Source: a bacterium (GTDB taxonomy: Bacteria > Elusimicrobiota > Elusimicrobia > Elusimicrobiales > UBA9959). Taken from it: a DNA stretch of 64,000 nucleotides. Location of the stretch: the NCBI GenBank assembly GCA_021811185.1, contig JAJZPL010000016.1, positions 1-64,000 of the forward strand. The letters run 5' to 3'. How positions within the stretch are numbered: the first letter of the stretch is position 1; each line of letters starts with the position of its first letter. The position numbers and the translations under genes were made by a program. The notes beneath the pieces were generated by a model that saw nothing but the letters and a program-made list of their open reading frames with translations, was not told the origin of the DNA and did not search any database. Shown piece after piece: positions 38,903-47,242 of the stretch.

Positions 38903-40738
38903 ATGAAAGGCTGGACCGGCTACATACTCAGGGTTAATCTCACCGACAAGACCTGGAAGAAAGAAGCTTTTACCGAAGAATTCGCTACTACATGGGTAGG
39001 CGGGCGCGGTTTCGCCGCCAAAATCCTTTTCGACGAACTCAAGCCCGGCATCGACCCGCTCGGCCCCGAGAACAAGCTGGTCGTGGCGCTCGGGCCCATC
39101 TCCGGCATCCCCGCTCCCAATACCGGCAAGGCCGTAGTGGCCGCCAAGTCCCCGCTCACCGGTTTCTACGGCGACGGCAACCTGGGCACGCACGTGTCCA
39201 GCCAACTGCGCAAGGCAGGCTACGACGCGCTGATCGTGGAAGGCAAAGCCGCCAAGCCCACGATGATCTATATCGAGGACGACAAGGTGGAGTTCCACGA
39301 CGCCTCCGAAGTGTGGGGCAAAGGCACCTACGCCACCAACGAGTGGATCCACAAAACCTACCCCAAGAACCTGGGCGTGCTGAACATCGGCCAGGGCGGC
39401 GAGAACAAAGTGCTTTACTCCGTGATCCGCAGCATGGAAGGCCGCGCCGGCGGCCGGCCCGGCATGGGCGCCGTGATGGGCTCCAAAATGCTGAAGGCCA
39501 TCGTCGTTAAAGGCACCAAGGCCATCCCGCAGGAGAAGCCCGAAGAGATGAAGCAGATGGGCGCCGCGGGCTTGAAAGAAGCTTACAACCTGGACCAGAA
39601 GAGCGGCTGGTCCAAGCAGAGCACCAACGCCGTGCTGGCCTGGTGCAACGAGGTGAACGGCCTGCCCGTGCAGAACATGCGCAAGACCACCCACCCCGAG
39701 GCCCCGAAGATGGACGGCGAACGCCTGAACGACGCGCGCGTGGCCACCTACGGCTGCCCCAGCTGCACCATGCACTGCGGCATCACCATCCACGACAAGG
39801 AAGGCCGCGAGTCCGAGCTGGACTACGAGAACATCGGCATGCTGGGCTCCAACCTGAACGTGTTCGACCTCAAGCAGGTGGGCTCGCTCAACTACCTCTG
39901 CGACGATTACGGCCTGGATACCATCTCCGCGGGTTCGGTGCTCGGCTTCTACGCCGACGCCATCGAGCGCGGCGCCACCACCGGCGACTTCAAGTTCGGC
40001 GACGCCGAGAAAGGCAAGGTCCTGCTCGGGCAGATCGCCAAGCGCGAAGGCGTGGGCAACCTGCTCGCCGACGGTACGCTCCGCATGGCGAAGGCCTGGG
40101 GCAAGGATTCCATCAACTACGCCATGCAGGTGAAAGGCCTGGAAGTGGCGGCCTACAACTGCAAGTCCATCCCCGGCCAGGCGCTGGCCAACGGCGTGGC
40201 GGCCATCGGCGGCCACCACCGCGAGGCGTGGATCATCACCTTCGAGCTCAAGAACAGCAAGCGCGAATCCTACGGCCCCGAGAAGGCGGCCAAGGTGATC
40301 GAGCTGCAGCGCATCCGCGGCGGCCTGTTCGAGCTGCTGGTCGCCTGCCGTTTCCCGTGGGTCGAGGTGGGCTACAGCCTGGAGAACTATCCCAAGTTCT
40401 TCAACGCCGCCACCGGCCTCAACTGGACGCTGGAGGATTTCTGGAAGGCGGCCGACCGCGGCTACGCGCTGATCAAGCTGCACTACCTGCGCGAATTCCC
40501 GAACGCCACCCGCAAGGACGATTACCCGCCGGCGGTCTGGTTCGACAAGGCCAACGCCGACACCGACGGCCCGCAGAAGGGCGTGGCGCTGGAGTACGAC
40601 AAGTACGACTCGCTGCTGCAGCACTACTACGACCAGCGCGGCTACGACCAGCGCGGGTTCCCGACGAAAGAACTGCTGGCGAAGCTGGGCATGCAGAAAG
40701 AAGCCGCCGCGGTGGAGAAGTACGCCAAGCTGAGCTGA
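38903..40738 (+). CDS. Second aldehyde:ferredoxin oxidoreductase family tungstoenzyme
   Basis: AOR N-terminal and C-terminal domains; 611 aa; GGAGG RBS. Confidence 0.85.
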   Translation: MKGWTGYILRVNLTDKTWKKEAFTEEFATTWVGGRGFAAKILFDELKPGIDPLGPENKLVVALGPISGIPAPNTGKAVVAAKSPLTGFYGDGNLGTHVSSQLRKAGYDALIVEGKAAKPTMIYIEDDKVEFHDASEVWGKGTYATNEWIHKTYPKNLGVLNIGQGGENKVLYSVIRSMEGRAGGRPGMGAVMGSKMLKAIVVKGTKAIPQEKPEEMKQMGAAGLKEAYNLDQKSGWSKQSTNAVLAWCNEVNGLPVQNMRKTTHPEAPKMDGERLNDARVATYGCPSCTMHCGITIHDKEGRESELDYENIGMLGSNLNVFDLKQVGSLNYLCDDYGLDTISAGSVLGFYADAIERGATTGDFKFGDAEKGKVLLGQIAKREGVGNLLADGTLRMAKAWGKDSINYAMQVKGLEVAAYNCKSIPGQALANGVAAIGGHHREAWIITFELKNSKRESYGPEKAAKVIELQRIRGGLFELLVACRFPWVEVGYSLENYPKFFNAATGLNWTLEDFWKAADRGYALIKLHYLREFPNATRKDDYPPAVWFDKANADTDGPQKGVALEYDKYDSLLQHYYDQRGYDQRGFPTKELLAKLGMQKEAAAVEKYAKLS

Positions 40739-40965
40739 TGAAGATCACGGTGAAGTTGATAGGCCCGCTCATCTACGACGCGGGTTTCAGCGAGAAGCAG
40801 ATCGAACTCCCCGGGCCCGTCACGGCCGGGGAGCTCGTTCCCCTGGCAGGGCTGGACAGGCGGCGCCCGGTCATCATCACGCGCAACGGCAGGGCCATAG
40901 CGGCGAACGACACGCTGGCGGAGGGCGACCGCGTGGTCATCTCCCATATCTATTCCGGCGGCTGA
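40738..40965 (+). CDS. MoaD/ThiS-family sulfur carrier (75 aa, C-terminal GG)
   Basis: ATG overlaps the AOR stop (TGATG); ends ...IYSGG; the long overlapping ORF 39643-40965 is rejected. Confidence 0.6.
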   Translation: MKITVKLIGPLIYDAGFSEKQIELPGPVTAGELVPLAGLDRRRPVIITRNGRAIAANDTLAEGDRVVISHIYSGG

Positions 40966-40974
40966 GCGCCGGAA

Positions 40975-41010
40975 AACAAAAAGCCCCGGGTTTAACCGGG
41001 GCTTTTTTAT
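40975..41010. terminator. Bidirectional rho-independent terminator between convergent genes
   Basis: A5-gccccggg-tttaa-cccggggc-T6. Confidence 0.8.
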
Positions 41011-41023
41011 TTATGGCGTCCGC

Positions 41024-41308
41024 TTAATCCACGTAGAGGCAGAGGTAGGCGGTATCTTCGGCCACCTTGAGCTGGAACTTGGAGTTGGGGGCCACGGTGA
41101 AGGTGGCGCCCTTGGGGAAGTCCTTCCAGCCGGTTTCGCCGGGGAGCTTCACGGTCAGTTTGCCGCTGACCACCGACATGATCTCCTTCTTGCCGGTGCC
41201 GAACTCGTAGTCCCCGGGGGCCATCACGCCCACGGTGGCCGGGCCGGCGGCGGTCGCGAATGCTATCGATTTAACTTTGCCGTCGAAATACTCGTTGGAT
41301 TTGAACAT
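41024..41308 (-). CDS. ppnP: Pyrimidine/purine nucleoside phosphorylase PpnP (YaiE/UPF0345 cupin)
   Basis: [15 protein letters not shown]... classic YaiE N-terminus; 94 aa; GGAGGA RBS. Confidence 0.8.
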   Translation of the reverse strand: MFKSNEYFDGKVKSIAFATAAGPATVGVMAPGDYEFGTGKKEIMSVVSGKLTVKLPGETGWKDFPKGATFTVAPNSKFQLKVAEDTAYLCLYVD

Positions 41309-41933
41309 TTTTCCTCCGTTTTATCTTCATTAAAAGTTCTACAGCTAAATTCGCCTGCATGGCTGCTACCAGCGCCACCCGCGGGGCCATCGGGCTCACG
41401 CCTGGGGCGCACTCGCTCGCGCCGTCGCCGCAGATGTAGAGGTTCCCCATCTTCCGCGTTTTCAGCCGGGCGTTCCCGCCGTAGCCGGCCAGGCCGGAGG
41501 CCGCTATGACCGGCCGGTCCGGGCGCAGGCCAAGCCAGCCGTTGATCAGCATGCTTTTCTCGCCGGCCTTGTCGAAAGCTTCTATGAGGAGGTCCGCCTC
41601 CCCGAAGATCTTCTCCAGGTTCTTCGGCGTCACCTTGACGTCGTGGATGACGACCTGCGTGAACGGGGTCATCTGCTCCAGGTTGGCACTGAGGGCCTTC
41701 ACCTTGCGCAGCCCCACCTGGTGCGCGGTGTACTGCTGGCGGTTCAGGTTGGAGGGTTCGATCTTGTCGAAATCTGCTATGATCAGGCGGCCCACGCCCG
41801 CGCGGGCCAGCGCTATGGCCGCGTTGGAGCCCAGGCCGCCCGCGCCGGCGATGCCCACCGTGGCCTTCCGCAGGGCGGCTAGGACCGCAGGCTCGTGTCT
41901 GGAAAAAATGTCATTTTCCCTTACCATTACCAT
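41271..41933 (-). CDS. ThiF/MoeB-family E1-like adenylyltransferase
   Basis: Rossmann GAGGLGS nucleotide-binding motif; 220 aa; 38-nt overlap with ppnP. Confidence 0.7.
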   Translation of the reverse strand: MVMVRENDIFSRHEPAVLAALRKATVGIAGAGGLGSNAAIALARAGVGRLIIADFDKIEPSNLNRQQYTAHQVGLRKVKALSANLEQMTPFTQVVIHDVKVTPKNLEKIFGEADLLIEAFDKAGEKSMLINGWLGLRPDRPVIAASGLAGYGGNARLKTRKMGNLYICGDGASECAPGVSPMAPRVALVAAMQANLAVELLMKIKRRKNVQIQRVFRRQS

Positions 41934-43439
41934 CTAAAATCCGTAGATCCCGGAATACTTGGCCTTTATATAGTTGAGGAAAGGCTCCACCTTCACCGGC
42001 TCGCCCAGTTCCCGCTGGAGGAGCTGCCCGGGTAGGTACTTGCGGCCCTGCGAATGGATGTGTTTGCGCAGCCAGCCCAGGATGGGGGCAAATTCTCCCT
42101 TTTCCGGCAGCTCTTTCCAGCCGGGGAGGTCCTTGGCCATCTTTTCCGCGAGCTGCGCCGAGATCAGGTTGCCCAAGGTGTAGGTGGGGAAGTAGCCGAT
42201 CACGCCCAGGGACCAGTGGATGTCCTGCAGGATGCCTTCCGAAGCTTTGGCCGGGGTGATGCCGAAGAATTCCCGCATCTTGGCGTTCCAGTATTCGGGC
42301 GCGTCCTCCACTTTCAGCCGGCCCTCCAGCAGCGCGGTCTCGATCTCGAAGCGGAGCAGGATATGCAGGTTGTAGTTCACCTCGTCAGCCTCCACGCGGA
42401 TCATCGAGGGCGCGGACCGGTTGACCGCCACGTAGAGCTCCTCGGCGTTCACCTTGTCGAACTTGCCGGGGAAGTGCTTGCGGAGCAGCGGCAGCAGCCA
42501 GCGGCAGAACGGCAGGGACCGCCCCACGATGTTCTCCCAGAAGCGGGACTGGGATTCGTGCACGCCCAGCGAGGCCCCGCCGGCCAGCGGCGTGAAGTTG
42601 AACTCGCGGGGCGTGCCCTGCCCGTAGAGGGCGTGGCCGCACTCATGGATGGAGCCGTAAATGGACGCGGGCAGGTAATCGCGTTCGGTCCGGGTGGTGA
42701 TGCGTACGTCGTTCACCGAGAAGTCCGTGGTGAAAGGGTGAGTGGAGCGGTCCTGGCGGCCCCGGCTGAAGTCGTAGCCCAGCGCGGCCACGATCTCGTT
42801 CGTAAGCGCGAACTGGGCGTCCTCGTCGAAGTCTCCCTTTATGATATCGTTGGAGACGGCGCCCGCGCGCGCGTTGATCTCCTTTATGAGGGGTTTAAGG
42901 CCGTCGGCTAGTTTTTTAAAGACGGGCTCCAGCCCGGCTTTGGTGGCGCCGGGCTCGTACAGGTCGAGCAGCGCGTCGTAGGGCGAGTCCTTGTAGCCGA
43001 GGAACTGCGCCTTGCGCAGGTTCAGGTCCAGGATCTTCCGCAGGCGGGGGGAGAAGGCTTTGAAGTCAGAATTCGCCCGGGCCTTGCCCCAGGCGTCTAT
43101 GGCCGCGGAGGTGGTGCGGGAAAATTCGCCCACGAAATCGGCGGGGAGCTTCCGGGCTATGTCGTAGTCGCGCCGGGCCGCGCGCAGGTAAGAGGCTTCG
43201 AAAGAATCTTCCCCCAGGCCCTGGGCCCAGCCGTAGCAGGCGGTTATCAGCGAGCCGGTCTCGTCCGCGGTGAATTTTGCGTGGGAGAGCTCTTCTACGA
43301 CGGAGATGGCCGCCGCCCTGTCTTCCGCCCCGCCGGTGGGCATGTTGACCTGCTGGTCCCAACTCAGCACTGCCGCGGCCGAGTTTATGGCCGAGACTTC
43401 CGAAAGCCTTTTCTTAAGTTCAAGGAATTTTTCTTCCAT
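41934..43439 (-). CDS. M32 family carboxypeptidase (Taq-like)
   Basis: HECGHALY (HExxH) and downstream HESQSRFWEN motifs; start at MEEKFLEL. Confidence 0.85.
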   Translation of the reverse strand: MEEKFLELKKRLSEVSAINSAAAVLSWDQQVNMPTGGAEDRAAAISVVEELSHAKFTADETGSLITACYGWAQGLGEDSFEASYLRAARRDYDIARKLPADFVGEFSRTTSAAIDAWGKARANSDFKAFSPRLRKILDLNLRKAQFLGYKDSPYDALLDLYEPGATKAGLEPVFKKLADGLKPLIKEINARAGAVSNDIIKGDFDEDAQFALTNEIVAALGYDFSRGRQDRSTHPFTTDFSVNDVRITTRTERDYLPASIYGSIHECGHALYGQGTPREFNFTPLAGGASLGVHESQSRFWENIVGRSLPFCRWLLPLLRKHFPGKFDKVNAEELYVAVNRSAPSMIRVEADEVNYNLHILLRFEIETALLEGRLKVEDAPEYWNAKMREFFGITPAKASEGILQDIHWSLGVIGYFPTYTLGNLISAQLAEKMAKDLPGWKELPEKGEFAPILGWLRKHIHSQGRKYLPGQLLQRELGEPVKVEPFLNYIKAKYSGIYGF

Positions 43440-43526
43440 CGTTCCCCCGAAATGAATGAAGAGTTTGAAAGTCCGTGGTTTTTTTGCCCACAACTCGCAA
43501 ACTCTCCGCTATAGAAACGCCTGAAT

Positions 43527-43721
43527 TCAGCCGCCGCAGCCGCAACCGCCGCCGCAGGTATGCCCGCCCTGGTTCATGGGGCAGCCGCCGCCGTCGGAGG
43601 AGCCGCCCTTGTTCAGGCCGGGGATCTCGTCCGAGACCTTTACCACCTTGCCGAGCTTGGCGTCGTAAACGTAACGCCCGGTCTTGGCTTCTTTTTTTGG
43701 TTCTTCTTTATGTTCGGACAT
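43527..43721 (-). CDS. Small Cys/Gly-rich protein (64 aa), possible metal-binding peptide
   Basis: Lys/Glu-rich N-terminus, tail GGGCPMNQGGHTCGGGCGCGG; codon usage consistent with coding; weak RBS. Confidence 0.4.
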   Translation of the reverse strand: MSEHKEEPKKEAKTGRYVYDAKLGKVVKVSDEIPGLNKGGSSDGGGCPMNQGGHTCGGGCGCGG

Positions 43722-43736
43722 GGGGAAGTTTAAATT

Positions 43737-43811
43737 TGGTGCGCCCGACAGGAATCGAACCTGTACAACCGCCTTCGCAGGGCGGGACTCTATCCGTTGA
43801 GATACGGGCGC
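43737..43811 (-). tRNA. tRNA-Arg (anticodon GCG as read by hand)
   Basis: Cloverleaf GCGCCCG/CGGGCGC acceptor; D-loop AACGGATA; anticodon stem CCGCC/GGCGG with loop CTGCGAA; T-loop TTCGATT; encoded CCA. Confidence 0.75.
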
Positions 43812-43884
43812 AGAAACCGCTGAAGTTATATTTTATAATTATCTGAGCGTTATAACAATACCGCTCTACGCTGACAACTCCGGC

Positions 43885-45786
43885 TTACAGCCCCAGCAGC
43901 TTTCTCCACCAGGGCTTTTCTTCCTGCTTTACCTCGGCGGCCTGCTCGAAGACGGGCTGCTCGCCCTGGCCTTTGTATACCGGCATGGCCACGCGGAAGG
44001 TGGCGCCGCGGCCGGGTTCGCTCTCGATCGTAATGCGCCCGCTCTGCATCACCACCATGGCCTTGGTGATGGCCAGGCCCAGCCCGGTGCCGCCGACCTT
44101 CTCGCCGGAAGCCACCTGCACGAATTTCTCGAAGACCTTGGCCTGGTCCTCTTTTTTTATGCCGCAGCCGGAGTCCTTCACCGAGAAGAAGGTGAAGCCG
44201 TCCAGGCTGTCCTGGCCGGCGTCGGTGGAGACCTCGATGGTGCCGCCCTGCGGGGTGAACTTGATGGAGTTGGAGATAAGGTTGATAAGCACCTGCACGG
44301 TGCGGCGTTTGTCGGCGTAGACGTGCGGGACCCCCTGCGCCGATCTCACGCTCAGGATCACGCCCTTGGAATTGGCCCAGGCCTTCATGGATTCCACGGC
44401 CTCGGCGGCTATTTCCTCGGCGGCGGCGTTCTCCTGGTGAAAGACCAGCTTGCCGGACTGCAGTTTGGAGAAATCCAGGATATCCGTGATGATGGAGTTC
44501 AGCCGTTCGGTGTTGCGGATGGCCGTGTTCAGGATGCCGTGGGAAGAATCCTCTTTGGCGGCTTCGCGGTTCAGTATTTCCAGCGCCGCCTTTATCGAGG
44601 TCAGCGGCGAGCGCAGTTCGTGCGTCATGGTGGCGATGAAGTCCTGCTGCAGCTGCTCCACCTGCTTCAATTTTACGGCGTCGGTCGGCACGGACACGGA
44701 ACCGACGATCTTGCCTTCTTCGTTCTGGATGATGGCCGTGGCCTTCTTGACGGTGTCGGCTAGTTCAGCGGGGCCGGATTTCTGTATTTCCGGGGAAATG
44801 TCCGCCTTGTTCTCCGGCCGGATCTCTTTGGCCAGCGAGACCACCTGGTTCTCGATCTGGGACAGGTCCACGATCCTCTTGCCCGAAAGTTCGGCTAGCG
44901 GCTTGCCAGAGATGGCCTCCGCCTGCGGGTTCATCATCAGGATCTTGCCGTCCTTGTCCACCACCACCACGCCTTCCGCCATGCTGGTCATGACGGACTC
45001 GGTGCGCACCATGTCGTTCTCTACTTTCTTCTTTTCCAGGCGGATGCCCTCGAGGGCCTTGTTTACGCTGGCTTCGATCTCCTGCTTGATCTTGGCGCTG
45101 AGCAGTTCGATCACGCGCTGCTGTTCGGCCGGGTCGGACGTTACGCGCGCCACCACGGTGGAGAGGGCGGTTTCCAGCCCCTGCTCCGCTATTTTCTCCG
45201 CCATCCGCTCGTCCGCGGCCGCCGTGCCTCCGGCCTGTCCGCCGCCCGGTCCCGCGCCTTCGGCGCCGGGCCCTTCGGCGCCGGACCCTGCGCCGCCGGA
45301 CCCTGCGCCGGCGCCCTGACCCGTGCCCGTGCCGCCTCCTCCCTCAGGCTGCGCGCCGCCTACCTTGGTGTAGATAGCCTCGTTCAGTTTTACCCTGTCG
45401 ATGCCGCGCTCTTTAAGGAATTCCTTGGCTTCGCCCTTGAAGGCCTGCACCTGGCAGAGCGCAAGCAGGTCCTCTCCGGTTACTCCCCGGGAAAAACTGA
45501 TGGTCTGGATGCGGAACCTGGCGAACAGGTTCTTGAGCGAGTTCGGCAGCTTGTCCGCGGTGAGCAGCTGCACGCCGTTCACCAGCAGCTTGTCGTTGTC
45601 CATCGTCAGCGAAAAATCCTCGCCGTTAAGCGTGTCGGAGATCTGGCCGAGCAGGGCCTGGCCCTCTTCCAAGGCCTGTTTCACCTGCGGGTGGTCCGGC
45701 TTGTACAGGTTGATCTGCACCAGGGCCCGGGTGAAGGCTTTAAGGAAATTGAACCAGAGGACTTTGTTTTCGGAGGGTTCGGTCAT
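43885..45786 (-). CDS. Sensor histidine kinase with PAS domain and Gly-rich linker
   Basis: PAS; HisKA (MTHELRSPLTSI); HATPase (GTGLGLAI); internal low-complexity G/A/S stretch. Confidence 0.8.
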   Translation of the reverse strand: MTEPSENKVLWFNFLKAFTRALVQINLYKPDHPQVKQALEEGQALLGQISDTLNGEDFSLTMDNDKLLVNGVQLLTADKLPNSLKNLFARFRIQTISFSRGVTGEDLLALCQVQAFKGEAKEFLKERGIDRVKLNEAIYTKVGGAQPEGGGGTGTGQGAGAGSGGAGSGAEGPGAEGAGPGGGQAGGTAAADERMAEKIAEQGLETALSTVVARVTSDPAEQQRVIELLSAKIKQEIEASVNKALEGIRLEKKKVENDMVRTESVMTSMAEGVVVVDKDGKILMMNPQAEAISGKPLAELSGKRIVDLSQIENQVVSLAKEIRPENKADISPEIQKSGPAELADTVKKATAIIQNEEGKIVGSVSVPTDAVKLKQVEQLQQDFIATMTHELRSPLTSIKAALEILNREAAKEDSSHGILNTAIRNTERLNSIITDILDFSKLQSGKLVFHQENAAAEEIAAEAVESMKAWANSKGVILSVRSAQGVPHVYADKRRTVQVLINLISNSIKFTPQGGTIEVSTDAGQDSLDGFTFFSVKDSGCGIKKEDQAKVFEKFVQVASGEKVGGTGLGLAITKAMVVMQSGRITIESEPGRGATFRVAMPVYKGQGEQPVFEQAAEVKQEEKPWWRKLLGL

Positions 45787-47081
45787 AGCCGGTAGATGTT
45801 CTTTCCTTTCAGGCCCCTGGTGGCGTTCCTGGTGTCGAACACCAGGCGAGCCTTCTTCGCCAGCGCTGCGTAATCTATGCAGGAGTGCGGGGTGACTATC
45901 ATTACGCAGTCGTAATCGCCCAGATGCTTCAGCGCGTCCTTGCGCGAGCGGCGCACCTTGCCGTCGAGGCGGGTTTCGGGCACGTAGGGGTCGTAGTAAT
46001 CTGCCTTGGCGCCGGTCTTCTCGAGGATGATCAGTACGTCGCGCGCCGGCGATTCCCGCGGGTCGGAAATATCCGGTTTATAGGCCATGCCGACCATCAG
46101 GACGCGGGACTTGCTAAGCGCCTTGCCGCGCGTGTTCAGGATCTCGCCCAGGCGGGACACCGTGTGGTCGGGCATGCTGGAATTTATCGCGCCGGCCAGT
46201 TCGATGAAGCGCGGTTCGAAATTCAGGGTCTTCATCTTCCAGCCGAGGTAATGCGGGTCCAGCGGGATGCAGTGGCCGCCTATGCCGGGGCCGGGGTAGA
46301 AAGGCATGAAGCCGAAAGGCTTGGAGGCCGCGGCGCCGATCACTTCCCAGACGTCCAGGCCCAGCTTGTTGCACATCAGGGCCATCTCGTTGATCATGGC
46401 TATGTTGACGGCGCGGAAGGTGTTCTCCAGCAGTTTTACCAGCTCCGCGGCTTCGGTGCTGGAAACTTTAAGCACGGTGTCTATTACAGCCCCGTACAGG
46501 GAACCCGCGAGTTCCGTGCAGGCCGGGGTGATCCCGCCCACCACTTTGGGCGTGTTCTTTACGCCGAATTTCTTATTGCCCGGGTCCACGCGCTCGGGCG
46601 AGAAGGCGAGGAAGAAGTCCTTGCCGGCCTTAAGGCCGCCCTGTTCCAGCATGGGTTTTACCAGTTCCTTGGTGGTGCCGGGGTAGGTGGTGCTTTCAAG
46701 GATTATCAGCTGCCCGCGGCGCAGGTACTTGCGGGTCTCTTTTATGGCGGAAACTATGTATGAAACGTCGGGGTCCTTGCTCTTGCGCAGGGGCGTGGGC
46801 ACGCAGATGATCACCGCGTCCTGTCGCTTCAAACCGGAAAAATCTAGGGTGGCCGACAACAGGCCTTTTTTCACCAGGGCGGAGACGGTCTCGGTCGGAA
46901 CGTCGGGGATGTAAGACTTGCGGCTCTTTATTCCGCGCACTTTCCGCGCGTCCACTTCAAAGCCGGTGACGGGGAAACCGCCTTTGCCGAATTCCGCGGC
47001 CAGCGGCAGCCCCACGTAGCCCAGGCCGACTATGCCGACCCGGGCTTTCCTTCCCGCGATGAGTTTTCTGAGTTTTTCCAT
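45783..47081 (-). CDS. Nucleotide-sugar dehydrogenase (UDP-GlcNAc/ManNAcA dehydrogenase, WbpA/TviB-like)
   Basis: N-terminal GIVGLGYVGLPLA Rossmann; catalytic Cys region; 432 aa. Confidence 0.75.
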   Translation of the reverse strand: MEKLRKLIAGRKARVGIVGLGYVGLPLAAEFGKGGFPVTGFEVDARKVRGIKSRKSYIPDVPTETVSALVKKGLLSATLDFSGLKRQDAVIICVPTPLRKSKDPDVSYIVSAIKETRKYLRRGQLIILESTTYPGTTKELVKPMLEQGGLKAGKDFFLAFSPERVDPGNKKFGVKNTPKVVGGITPACTELAGSLYGAVIDTVLKVSSTEAAELVKLLENTFRAVNIAMINEMALMCNKLGLDVWEVIGAAASKPFGFMPFYPGPGIGGHCIPLDPHYLGWKMKTLNFEPRFIELAGAINSSMPDHTVSRLGEILNTRGKALSKSRVLMVGMAYKPDISDPRESPARDVLIILEKTGAKADYYDPYVPETRLDGKVRRSRKDALKHLGDYDCVMIVTPHSCIDYAALAKKARLVFDTRNATRGLKGKNIYRL

Positions 47082-47242
47082 GAGATTTAGGTCCCTATAG
47101 ATATCAATTAGGATTATACTAAAAATATTTTTCCATAAAAGCTGGAAAAGCCGGGCCGGGTATAAGGCTTTTAAAGATTTGAATGTTACTTGATTGGAAC
47201 TTTCACTGAACGTCTGTTATATTATAAACAGTGCGCCGGTCT

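Noticed and set aside
39643-40965. 440-aa plus-strand ORF overlapping the second AOR gene in another frame
   Set aside because: Only its last 228 nt (40738-40965), beginning at an ATG on the AOR stop codon, forms a plausible MoaD/ThiS-like gene. The rest is an out-of-frame shadow of the AOR CDS.
41271-41308. 38-nt same-strand overlap between the ThiF/MoeB-like gene and ppnP, possibly indicating a frameshift or pseudogene
   Set aside because: Both reading frames are intact with conserved motifs and ppnP has a strong RBS inside the overlap. An overlap of this size is unusual but not evidence of disruption.
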